Virus record (IMG/VR): IMGVR_UViG_3300036546_000248
Reading direction: 5' to 3' (one strand)
DNA: 64,000 nt
Source of the DNA: a virus
Position 1 is the first letter of the stretch. Each line of letters opens with the position of its first letter. A model generated the notes under the pieces. That model was given only the letters and a program-made list of their open reading frames with translations. It was not told the origin of the DNA and did no database searches. Below, piece by piece: positions 28,708 through 37,180 of this stretch. The position numbers and the translations under genes were made by a program.

Positions 28708-29469
28708 TTACATGTTGTAATCGTCGTCGCTGCCCCAGTCGTTACCACTACTTGCCGGTGCGCCGCCGTTACCGCCGTTGCGATTACCACCGCCGTTGTA
28801 GCCACCGCCGTTGCCGCCACCATTACGGTTGCCGCCACCGTTGTAGCCACCACCAGAACCACCGTCTTTGTTCTTCGGTTCCGGAGCCACGTACTCAGCA
28901 ACAGCCACACCGCCGGTCAGGTTGTTGATGGTACGACGCCAGCCACGAGCGAAGAAGTTCGACGCTTCAGCTTTCGAGAGCGGTTGACCATCCGGACCCA
29001 TGATCGCATGGTAGTTGGTGCCCAGGAAATCGAACTTCAGGTACGGACGATCCTTGGCGACCAGCGCAATGAACATCACGCCTTCTTTGTCGCGACCCAG
29101 AATGGTGGTGGACACCACACGAGGTTCTTCAGAACGCTTGCCTTCGAAGAAGGTATGGTTCTTGTTGACGATCTTGTAAGCCGTGTCGGGACCCGACTTC
29201 AGGACCGCATCGAACAGTTCGAGGAATGCCCCGAAAGTCAGATGATCCATGGCAGCACGGATGTTGCCATTGTTCTTGTCGTTCGGAACGTTGGTGTAGA
29301 CGTCCAGGTGGATTTGGTTTTTGACCACGCTAACAGCCAGCGCGCCGGGGAACTTCGCACCTTGGTCGGTCAGGGTTGGACCCGAAAGGCGAAGTTTGTA
29401 CTCGTCCAGGGCGTTTTTCTTACGCGGTGCCGGACGGAAATTGTTGTTGCCAGCCATGATTTTTGTCAC
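28708..29469 (-). CDS. chmC: Nucleus-associated nucleic-acid-binding protein ChmC (phiKZ gp67-like)
   Basis: Folded N-domain plus a G/N-rich repeat tail (GGGYNGGGNRNGG twice) and an acidic end. Lies upstream of the gp68-like gene. Confidence 0.65.
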   Translation of the reverse strand: MTKIMAGNNNFRPAPRKKNALDEYKLRLSGPTLTDQGAKFPGALAVSVVKNQIHLDVYTNVPNDKNNGNIRAAMDHLTFGAFLELFDAVLKSGPDTAYKIVNKNHTFFEGKRSEEPRVVSTTILGRDKEGVMFIALVAKDRPYLKFDFLGTNYHAIMGPDGQPLSKAEASNFFARGWRRTINNLTGGVAVAEYVAPEPKNKDGGSGGGYNGGGNRNGGGNGGGYNGGGNRNGGNGGAPASSGNDWGSDDDYNM

Positions 29470-29521
29470 TCCTCGGTTTTACACATTATGGGGCAAAAAG
29501 GTAGTTTTTTACCTTTTTGCG

Positions 29522-30376
29522 TTAGAACATCTTCAACAAAATCATTTTGAATTCAGGGTGAAACGGGTAGCTGTTGATACACTGTTTCATCCGACCCAAT
29601 GTGGTGGTTGGTGTCCAAAGGTACTTAGACGCCATGTCCACAAACTGACGCTTCTCTTTAATAGGGAAGGTTTGAAAGTGAACACCATCACCGAAGAGTT
29701 GAAGGGTTACGTGGTTAAAAGGCATCCGGGTCAAATCCAACCCAGCACCCCCTGTGAGTTTTGACGACCACTGGGTGTGTGGTTTGATCTTACCGGTGTG
29801 AGACTCCAATAGATCCAGTCTTTGGAATTCGTAGCGAGACAGTAGATCGATTGGCATATGCGTCACAATCAAACTGTCTTGAGGACAACCCTTAAGGGTC
29901 AAGTCGCTGTGTTGTAAATCGATCACGCCACTTTTGGTCAATGCCCCTAGGACAAAATCCTCTTGCGACACCATTGCTTTCTGCAAATCCGTTTTGGGGG
30001 TCTTGAGAAAACAATGTTGGTATTTCTTCTCCAACCCTGCGTAGGACTGAATGTAGAAATACGGGGTACACAAACCTCGCGTGACGGAATCTAGCGACCC
30101 CATGATGACCTGAATCTCAGCGGTTAACGCATCAAACAAGTCGTCGTCCTTTATTGCATCCTTTCGATCGCGCGCTACCGCGCCGATCAGGTTCCGTAGC
30201 AGGGTGCGTACGTTGAACCAGATGGCACGATAGTTGTTGATCGGTGGTTTTGCCTTGTGTTCCGGGTGATCCTCCGACACCCCGAACGCACTCTCCAGTG
30301 CTAACGCTGTGGCAATGGAGATCGGGGCGTAATTACCCAGTTCACGTTCGGCCAGAGGAGAATATCTTCTGGTCAT
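29522..30376 (-). CDS. Conserved core protein (phiKZ gp66-like)
   Basis: 284 aa with NVRTLLRN, THMPIDLL and LLESHTG, in syntenic position. Confidence 0.7.
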   Translation of the reverse strand: MTRRYSPLAERELGNYAPISIATALALESAFGVSEDHPEHKAKPPINNYRAIWFNVRTLLRNLIGAVARDRKDAIKDDDLFDALTAEIQVIMGSLDSVTRGLCTPYFYIQSYAGLEKKYQHCFLKTPKTDLQKAMVSQEDFVLGALTKSGVIDLQHSDLTLKGCPQDSLIVTHMPIDLLSRYEFQRLDLLESHTGKIKPHTQWSSKLTGGAGLDLTRMPFNHVTLQLFGDGVHFQTFPIKEKRQFVDMASKYLWTPTTTLGRMKQCINSYPFHPEFKMILLKMF

Positions 30377-31481
30377 TTAACAGATTCTCCGCAAGTTGGT
30401 GGTAGAGAGGATCGTGAACTTCTTCCTTGAAGCGCGCCATTATCAAACCGAAGATGTTGTCGGGGGTAATGGCAGCAGGGGTAAAGGGTGTGATGATGCG
30501 GTTAACCGCCTCACGTTTACCTTTCTCTTGGTCCATGACCTTGGTGGTTAGGAAGTGCTCGGTGTACTTCGTCTTCAGTTCATTCAAACTGAGGATGATG
30601 GGGTCCGTCTTATTTGCTAAGATGCGTACATGTGAGCCTGGCGGTAGCGCCAATACTTGCTGCTCTACCTTATCGGTGGCCAAATCCAGGCTATCGCCAC
30701 TACAGTCTACCGAGACATACATCTTAGCGTTACGGTTTTCTATAAAGCGAATTTCATGCCGACCATCGGCTTTGGTTTTAACCCAGAGATGTCCTTTGGC
30801 TTCTTCCTCACCGTGACAGAGTCGATCAAAAGAACCTGCTGCCAGAATGTTGCCGTTCTGCGAGCGTTTGTGGATGTGTCCCCCGAATACAAAGTACCGG
30901 GTGATGTTCTGATAACGGTCACATTGGTGCTTTGGGGCTGGGACGTGTTCGGGCAGCTGGTGCTCAAAAGCCCCGTGGAGGACAGTGAAGTCCACTTTTT
31001 CCAAGCCGTGTTCAGCCAACGCTTTTTGAACATCCAACCACACATCGTTGGGATCGTGTTTCCACTCATCCGGAACGTACAGGACGTGAATCCCCAATTC
31101 GGCAATGTACTCAATCGACAGGGTGTCAACGTATTTAAAGTTGGCCCCTATCGTGTTGTTGGCGTACACCATGTTCGCACTTTGTTGCCAATCATGCGAA
31201 GGTGTTCCGTACAGACACCGAACAATGACATTGCGTCGTTTACACTGAGCGAGGAAGTCGTTCATCCAACGGTCGATCAACTCCAGATTAGGATCGGAGT
31301 AATCCAACAGTCGATCAAACAGGTCCCCTGCAATGATGAACAGATCCAGTTCACCAAAGGCATCAGTGTCCGGAAACTCCCGACGAAGGTTCTCGATGAT
31401 GTGGGCTGTTTCGGTGTTGTGGTGACCTAAGTGCACATCACCTATTTCGGCGATCGTTAGCTCACGCAAGCTCGTAGTCAT
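30342..31481 (-). CDS. SbcD/Mre11-like metallophosphoesterase nuclease
   Basis: DVHLG, AGDLFD, GTPSHD, LHG, GHIH and GSFDR. Start reassigned to ATG 31481. Confidence 0.85.
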   Translation of the reverse strand: MTTSLRELTIAEIGDVHLGHHNTETAHIIENLRREFPDTDAFGELDLFIIAGDLFDRLLDYSDPNLELIDRWMNDFLAQCKRRNVIVRCLYGTPSHDWQQSANMVYANNTIGANFKYVDTLSIEYIAELGIHVLYVPDEWKHDPNDVWLDVQKALAEHGLEKVDFTVLHGAFEHQLPEHVPAPKHQCDRYQNITRYFVFGGHIHKRSQNGNILAAGSFDRLCHGEEEAKGHLWVKTKADGRHEIRFIENRNAKMYVSVDCSGDSLDLATDKVEQQVLALPPGSHVRILANKTDPIILSLNELKTKYTEHFLTTKVMDQEKGKREAVNRIITPFTPAAITPDNIFGLIMARFKEEVHDPLYHQLAENLLNDQKIFSSGRT

Positions 31482-32010
31482 CGATGAAGTCCCCATCACT
31501 GGATGGTGAGGCAGTGGTTTGTGGTTCGGCAACTTTGGTTGCGTTAGGGTCTTTGATCACCCCAAAATGTCGCAACACAACACGCCATTCCTCTTTCTCC
31601 GCTTCAGACAGGGCCACTACTTGGGTCTTGGCCTTCACCGCATTACCGATGTAGCGTTGACCAAGGGTGGGCACCACGTCGTCTTTTTGTAGGGACTTGG
31701 CTACGTGTTCGAACATCGTGTCGCCCCGATGGCGAGCCGGCTTGAAGGTAAACCGACGAGAGATCGGAGGGCAACGGAAAAGCAGTTCGCTACCACGATA
31801 GACATCCAACGGCCGTTTGACGTTGTCCGACACTTGAAGCCAAGGCTGAAGGCTCGGGCGTTCTTCAGTGCTCAGCAACATGGGTAGGATGGCTTCGCGA
31901 AAGTACTCTTCGCTGCAACGCGGCACATCACTTTGGAACAATTGGTTAAGGTCTGAGATGGCTTCTTTAACGCGTTCGGTGTTTTTTACAATCGGTTCTT
32001 TCTTCGTCAT
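31462..32010 (-). CDS. Conserved hypothetical protein
   Basis: 182 aa from ATG 32010 (GAGG RBS), overlapping the next gene. Confidence 0.7.
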   Translation of the reverse strand: MTKKEPIVKNTERVKEAISDLNQLFQSDVPRCSEEYFREAILPMLLSTEERPSLQPWLQVSDNVKRPLDVYRGSELLFRCPPISRRFTFKPARHRGDTMFEHVAKSLQKDDVVPTLGQRYIGNAVKAKTQVVALSEAEKEEWRVVLRHFGVIKDPNATKVAEPQTTASPSSDGDFIDDYELA

Positions 32011-32081
32011 GGTCTGGTCCTCAACACAAACGACTAGGGTCATACCCTAGTCGTTGTGTATAAAGAGTTACTTAGTGCGCT

Positions 32082-32804
32082 TTACGATTGTGTTTTAACC
32101 GGCACCTGGACAGAAGTTTCATCCAGGGGCTTGTCAGTGATCAGGTTAACAGTGATGTAAACCAGCTGACCTGGTTTGTACTGTTTGGAGCGGTGTTCTT
32201 CGAGCACGGCGGTTCCGAGTTGAGTTGCGTCGGATTCGGCGTCGAAGGGTTTGTACTGGGGTAGGCCATTCTCATCACGAGTGATATCGTAGAGAAACAA
32301 CCCGCCGTCACGCAGTACACACATAACCAGAGCATGGTCCGTACATTCCAGTGAGGAGTCGATAGTAGCCCGACCCTCCTCCACCAGTTGTTGGATCGTT
32401 TTAGGTTCCGGGGTGTGGGCGTGGTGGTCGTGACTGTGTTGGGTTTGTGTCAAGCGTTGACGCAGCTCAACGATCAGGTCATCAAACTTGGTACCGATTT
32501 CTTCCACCATTTTGCGACTGGCCTTGTCTGCGCAAATTTCTGCCAGACGGATGATCTTGACATTTTGTTCGGTCACCACTTCATCCAGTACCGAGATCAA
32601 CTGATTCAGTCGGATGAAAACTTGGTCCACTTTCGGACCTTGTTGTGGGAATGTGGACTGTCTCATACGAGCAGCAACACCGTTCCCCTCCACCGTTACT
32701 GGAGCAGCGGTTGTGGTTTCTTGGGAAGTAGGGGTAGTCGTCAAAGAATAATCGGGAGTGGTCACAGGGGGTTTCCTTTTTTTAACCGTTGTTGATTTCA
32801 GCAA
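32082..32804 (-). CDS. Hypothetical protein
   Basis: 240-aa ORF in operon context. The start is uncertain. Confidence 0.6.
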   Translation of the reverse strand: MLKSTTVKKRKPPVTTPDYSLTTTPTSQETTTAAPVTVEGNGVAARMRQSTFPQQGPKVDQVFIRLNQLISVLDEVVTEQNVKIIRLAEICADKASRKMVEEIGTKFDDLIVELRQRLTQTQHSHDHHAHTPEPKTIQQLVEEGRATIDSSLECTDHALVMCVLRDGGLFLYDITRDENGLPQYKPFDAESDATQLGTAVLEEHRSKQYKPGQLVYITVNLITDKPLDETSVQVPVKTQS

Positions 32805-33183
32805 TTTTCGCCACTTTGGAGTTGATCAAGGACAACTCACGACCGGCGTAATACTGTTGACCATTTACCAGCACTCGGATATCCAGCGAAAGGTCGATCA
32901 GGTCGGGTCTGTCAGGGTCAGGGGTGGTAGCTTCAGCATCCACCTCAGCACCGTCAAAGTACCGGGAGAGCAACGTCACCAACGTACTGCGAGTTTCGTC
33001 GGCCAAACGCATGGGTTGTTCGGTGTTGTTCTGGATAATGGCGGGGAAGGATGCCACTGATCCGTCGAAGATGAAGGATTGAGATTTCTCGCTCACCAAG
33101 AAATACCCCAACAACTTATCGAGCTTCTCGGGAACATCACCAACCCAACCAGAGGCACTGAGGGAGGGGATCTCAACATTCAT
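32782..33183 (-). CDS. Conserved hypothetical protein
   Basis: 133 aa from ATG 33183 (GAGG RBS), IPSLSASGWV...SEKSQS. Confidence 0.7.
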   Translation of the reverse strand: MNVEIPSLSASGWVGDVPEKLDKLLGYFLVSEKSQSFIFDGSVASFPAIIQNNTEQPMRLADETRSTLVTLLSRYFDGAEVDAEATTPDPDRPDLIDLSLDIRVLVNGQQYYAGRELSLINSKVAKIAEINNG

Positions 33184-33261
33184 ATACACCTCAACGAGAC
33201 AGGGCAAAAAATAAGGCTTCATATAAAGGGGATGAGTGAGGGGACAAAGTCCCCTCACCAA

Positions 33262-33885
33262 TCACCAAAGTGAGGAATTGAATTTACTGGTCGGATCGTC
33301 CCGACCAGTACGGTAGCGCATCAGCAGTTCACTCCAAGTACAGAGCACGTCAACCTTCTGATCGAAGTTCAGTTGGTCTTCCGATTTCTCATGTTCCAAG
33401 AAGTAGGTGACTGCACGCCATTCCTCGCCTTCTTCAGTGTCCTCTACAATCCCGGACATGACGCACTGGTAGTGATAATGTTCCTCACCCACTGCATCGC
33501 CATGTTCGTTCACATAGGTTTCACTATAACCGTCGATCTTCTGGTCCAGATACGCTTGGCGTATCTCGGGCTGGGCCATCAGGAACGGCTGCATCACCAC
33601 CGGGGCATGTTGCAAGGCTGCAATACCCACCAGTTGACGAATGCTGTCATCATCCCACAGACTGACAACCCGTCGCGCGCCGGCTCGGGCCAGGCGGGCT
33701 GCGTCCTCACCGAAGAACCGACTCCACTCGTTCCGGGTATTCTGAACGAAGTTAAGTCCTTCTTGAGTTAGCATGGGGGTAATCTGCTGATGCAGGGTGT
33801 TGACAAACTGCTGCACTTCGGGGTGGGGTGCACCATACAACAATTGGTCAAACGTATTGGTACCGCCAATTACCATTTGGGCCAT
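33262..33885 (-). CDS. Conserved core hypothetical protein
   Basis: 207 aa, AAGGAG RBS, IDGYSETY and DDPTS. Confidence 0.75.
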   Translation of the reverse strand: MAQMVIGGTNTFDQLLYGAPHPEVQQFVNTLHQQITPMLTQEGLNFVQNTRNEWSRFFGEDAARLARAGARRVVSLWDDDSIRQLVGIAALQHAPVVMQPFLMAQPEIRQAYLDQKIDGYSETYVNEHGDAVGEEHYHYQCVMSGIVEDTEEGEEWRAVTYFLEHEKSEDQLNFDQKVDVLCTWSELLMRYRTGRDDPTSKFNSSLW

Positions 33886-33925
33886 GAATTACTCCTTCTA
33901 CATAAAGTAGTGGCTAATGGTAATT

Positions 33926-34237
33926 TTAGATCGCGTAGATGCCACGCTCCGCGAACCACTTCTCGGTACCGCGCTTTGCCACCAGGTAGAGGCCTTGTGG
34001 GTTGGTGAGGTAGAGCGAGTAGGTGGTGGCGGGTGCAGGGACACTACCCCCGTTGGCCACTTTCTTCGTTTCGGTTTGTTCATCAGGAACCAGCGAGAAG
34101 GTATAGCCGTGCTTGGCCAGCTCCTCACGCATCTCCTTGAACTCCTGTGGGGTGGACTTAACCACCAGCAGGTAGGTCCGCGACGTATTCAGTTGGTTGT
34201 TCTGCGCCAGTTGGAGCAGCTCTTGTGCCTTGTTCAT
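33926..34237 (-). CDS. Hypothetical protein
   Basis: 103 aa, GAGG RBS. Confidence 0.65.
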   Translation of the reverse strand: MNKAQELLQLAQNNQLNTSRTYLLVVKSTPQEFKEMREELAKHGYTFSLVPDEQTETKKVANGGSVPAPATTYSLYLTNPQGLYLVAKRGTEKWFAERGIYAI

Positions 34238-34284
34238 TCGAGGTGTCCTCGGTGAGAGGGGACTGAAAGCCCCCTCAAGTTTAT

Positions 34285-34458
34285 TTAGCGACCCCGGTGG
34301 ATGTAGTTCGAGATCGTAGTCACCACAGGCGCAGGGATTGCGATGTGGCTAGAGATACTGCGGGGTTTGCGGGTGTCGTAAACACCGTTGCGGGGTGCCA
34401 GTTCATCCAGAGCCTCCAACATCTGGTGGTCCAGAATAATGATGCCATTGAGAGCATC
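34285..34458 (-). CDS. nvRNAP beta' N-terminal subunit, exon 2
   Basis: Begins GAT GCT CTC (DALNG...), supplying the last Asp of NADFDGD. 57 aa. Confidence 0.85.
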   Translation of the reverse strand, partial: DALNGIIILDHQMLEALDELAPRNGVYDTRKPRSISSHIAIPAPVVTTISNYIHRGR

Positions 34459-35848
34459 CTTTGATGTTTCTGCTATGTGAACCAACTTACACAACTGGAC
34501 TTGTTGTAAACTGATTTAATCTACCTAAAGCCCATGGGGTGTTATAAACGAATGCCCACGGACCTACTTGTCGAATGACATCCTTCTTAAGGGTTGTCGT
34601 TACAGCTTTCTTACTCAGACCTTGAGTGGTGTGGAACAGACTGGCGCTCTTAAACACCGAGACTTCGCCCGTCACCACATTCTTGGCCAACACTTCTTTA
34701 GGACCTCTACCCAAAGCTCGATCCAAAGACTCTTGGTCGATTTCGGGCAAACCTTCTTCCTTATACGCACAGACATAACGTTTGTTAACCAAACGCAAGA
34801 CATCGCCTCTGGACATACATTGGAAGATGTGGCTGGGAAGTGCATCGATAGCACGCCCTAAAAGACCCATCGAAGGGTATTCCTGAACTTCGTTGGTCTG
34901 GATATCTAAACACAACACTGGTCGTGAAGGCTGTTGACCCAGACTATCCCTTTCACGGATACGAGCTTTGTGAAGCTGTTCGGGGATTCTATCCTTTGTT
35001 CCATGGTGGGTGAGTACCCACCCATCGATAGGGATTCCTTCCTTAATGTGCTTCCAAATCACCTCAGGTTGATACCCGAAGTGCTCTCCCGCATGGAACA
35101 GGTCTCGGAGGAACATACACACACCGTCCTTATCAGCCAAAATCCGCGGACGTGATTCTGACTTAAAGAGTGCAGCGTGTATATTGTTAACCTTAACCGT
35201 TGCCCATTCGAGGTTTTCTACGTCGTTATTGGTACAGTCTCCATCGATGTGGTTCACTGTTAACTGACTAACGTCCCTATCCCACGGTAAGTGTGCCAAG
35301 GCCACCATCCGATGAACGCCGAACGTTGGCATACTGCCATCCAACATTCTAACGTTAACCGTGATGTAGCCGTCAAGGTTGACGTAGTAATTCTTCTCAA
35401 CGCCTTCGGAGTCAAAGATCCTACCGCACCGAGAAGCCATATACCCGTCAGTGCCCGGTATGATCTTCAAATCCATAACGTATCCTTTTCTTTATTTACA
35501 CATAGCAGAAACGCACGAGTCGTTAATTCGTGGTTACCTGTGGTCCAGACAGATAACTTCCTCACTTTCATGAGGCGGTAGACTATATCTTCTTCCAGTT
35601 TCCCAGAAGCTCCCTGTTTCGAATGTCACTTGACACCCTACTCTACTCGGTTCGTCTCTCGACGCCTTTCGATAGTCGTTGAACCTTGTCCGTAACTTGT
35701 CTCCCGACAATTTGTAGGACCTTGGCTGCTGATTGTCCAATCTCGATTCTTTTCAAACCATGACGTTTATCGTTTCCGATTCCGCTTTGGTGAACCAAGC
35801 TCTAAGGAGTTTCCAGCAATTTAAGGAGTTTAATGACGGCAATACTCT
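34459..35848 (-). mobile_element. Group I intron (IA2-like) carrying an HNH endonuclease, 1390 nt
   Basis: P1 GACGGU/GCCGUC with U.G, P10 AGAGUAUU/GAUGCUCU, AATTGCTGGAAA, AATCAGCAGCCAAG, GTTCAACGACTA, AAGATATAGTC and terminal G 34459. Confidence 0.92.
34487..35476 (-). CDS. Intron-encoded HNH homing endonuclease (I-HmuI-like)
   Basis: YMASRCGRI, VHRMVALAH and VNHIDGDCTNNDVENLEW, then repeated C-terminal DNA-binding-like modules. AAGGA RBS. Confidence 0.9.
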   Translation of the reverse strand: MDLKIIPGTDGYMASRCGRIFDSEGVEKNYYVNLDGYITVNVRMLDGSMPTFGVHRMVALAHLPWDRDVSQLTVNHIDGDCTNNDVENLEWATVKVNNIHAALFKSESRPRILADKDGVCMFLRDLFHAGEHFGYQPEVIWKHIKEGIPIDGWVLTHHGTKDRIPEQLHKARIRERDSLGQQPSRPVLCLDIQTNEVQEYPSMGLLGRAIDALPSHIFQCMSRGDVLRLVNKRYVCAYKEEGLPEIDQESLDRALGRGPKEVLAKNVVTGEVSVFKSASLFHTTQGLSKKAVTTTLKKDVIRQVGPWAFVYNTPWALGRLNQFTTSPVV

Positions 35849-37105
35849 ACCGTCAAAATCAGCATTCATACCCCCTAGTACTAGGACTGATAAGCTCACT
35901 GTATTGACGTTGATGTCTTCACTCTTGATGCGGGTGACGTACAGGCGTTGCGCCGACAAACGGGTCAACGTAGGGTTACGTTGGAAGATTACCGGGATGC
36001 CCTTACGAGGCGATTCGGCGATCATTTCCTTGAAGATCTCATCGATCAGAGGATGGTACCGCAAGGTGTGTTCGAACAACAGCTTGTTGATTTGCTTGGG
36101 CGAATACCCACGATGGAGCAGTTTGGCCGTCAGGTGAGTTTTGAACACCATGATGGACAGGGACCACGGGAGTTCCAGTTCCTCATGATGGTGTTGGTCT
36201 GAACGCGAGGTGATTACAGCCCGGAAGCTGAAATGGTCACGAGAACCAAACACGTGTTTACGCCACCAACCTGTTTTACTACCCAACTGCGCACCGATGA
36301 ACGGGGCATAGTACTCAGATAGCATCACGATGGCCGTGACGGTACGTTTCTCGATTTCCTCTTGGCTCAGTTTGGTTTGACTGTGCACAATGCCGCTGAT
36401 GGTGTAAATCGCATCAATGGCAGGGCGCATGGTCAGGTCACCGTACAGGCCTGTAGCTGCCTTCTCGATGATGAACGCCGCTTTCGACGGGATGGGCACC
36501 TTATGGCTGAAGATCAGATCGCGGTACAAAGCAATGAAAGTGCGTAGGTATTCCACCTTACGCTTCTTCTTATTGTCGTACAGCGGCCCTTCCTCCGAGC
36601 ACATCAGTTGCATGATACTGTCGAAGTTGTGGTAGAAAGAATTCAACCCCCGCTTATACCCTTGTGCCGAAAGGCTTTGGGTGAAGAACTCCATCTTCTT
36701 ATTCGGTGGGCGATATCCCGGATTGATCAACCAGTCCAGTAGACTGACGCTCTTGATCGTCATCTCGGACTTCAAGATCACGTAGACCCAGGGGTTGATC
36801 AGACGTTCTACCCCTTGAGGGGCAGCAATCCACAACAACGCCTCCAGCGGCCGTTCCGTAGAAGGCAGGCAGAAGTGGTTACAGATTGGACAACGTACGC
36901 CAACGTTGTACTGATACTTCAGGTAGCCGCAATCGCATGAAGGTACGATATCAAGCGACTCACCAGTGTACTTGGTGATTGCGAGGTTGTGGAGAGCGTC
37001 TCGGTCCTCTTTGCTGTCGATTTGATAATCGTTAATGATGAGCGGTACGCTGGTCAGTGAATCAAATAGCTGATCGTGGTTCACGATCTCTGCACAGACA
37101 CCCAT
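35849..37105 (-). CDS. Non-virion RNAP beta' subunit, N-terminal part, exon 1 (phiKZ gp55-like)
   Basis: SCDCG...CPIC zinc site, RKHVFGSR.HFSFRAVI, QRNPTL and NADFDG. The spliced product is 476 aa. Confidence 0.9.
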
Positions 37106-37125
37106 CTGTCGAGACTCCCATAGCT

Positions 37126-37165
37126 GACATAAAAAATAAAAAGGGGAGGCAATGCCTCCCCTTTT
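37126..37165 (-). terminator. Terminator after chimallin
   Basis: AAAAGGGGAGGC-ATT-GCCTCCCCTTTTT followed by TTTTTTATGTC. Confidence 0.8.
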
Positions 37166-37180
37166 CGCTAGGCCGCTAAA

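Noticed and set aside
28760..28865. Tandem DNA repeats as a CRISPR array or VNTR
   Set aside because: They encode the Gly/Asn tail of the ChmC-like protein, and no repeat-spacer structure was seen anywhere in the window.
35534..35848. 68-aa ORF 35534-35740 and the RVLPSL... tail of the RNAP ORF
   Set aside because: Both lie in the group I catalytic core and have no coding signal.
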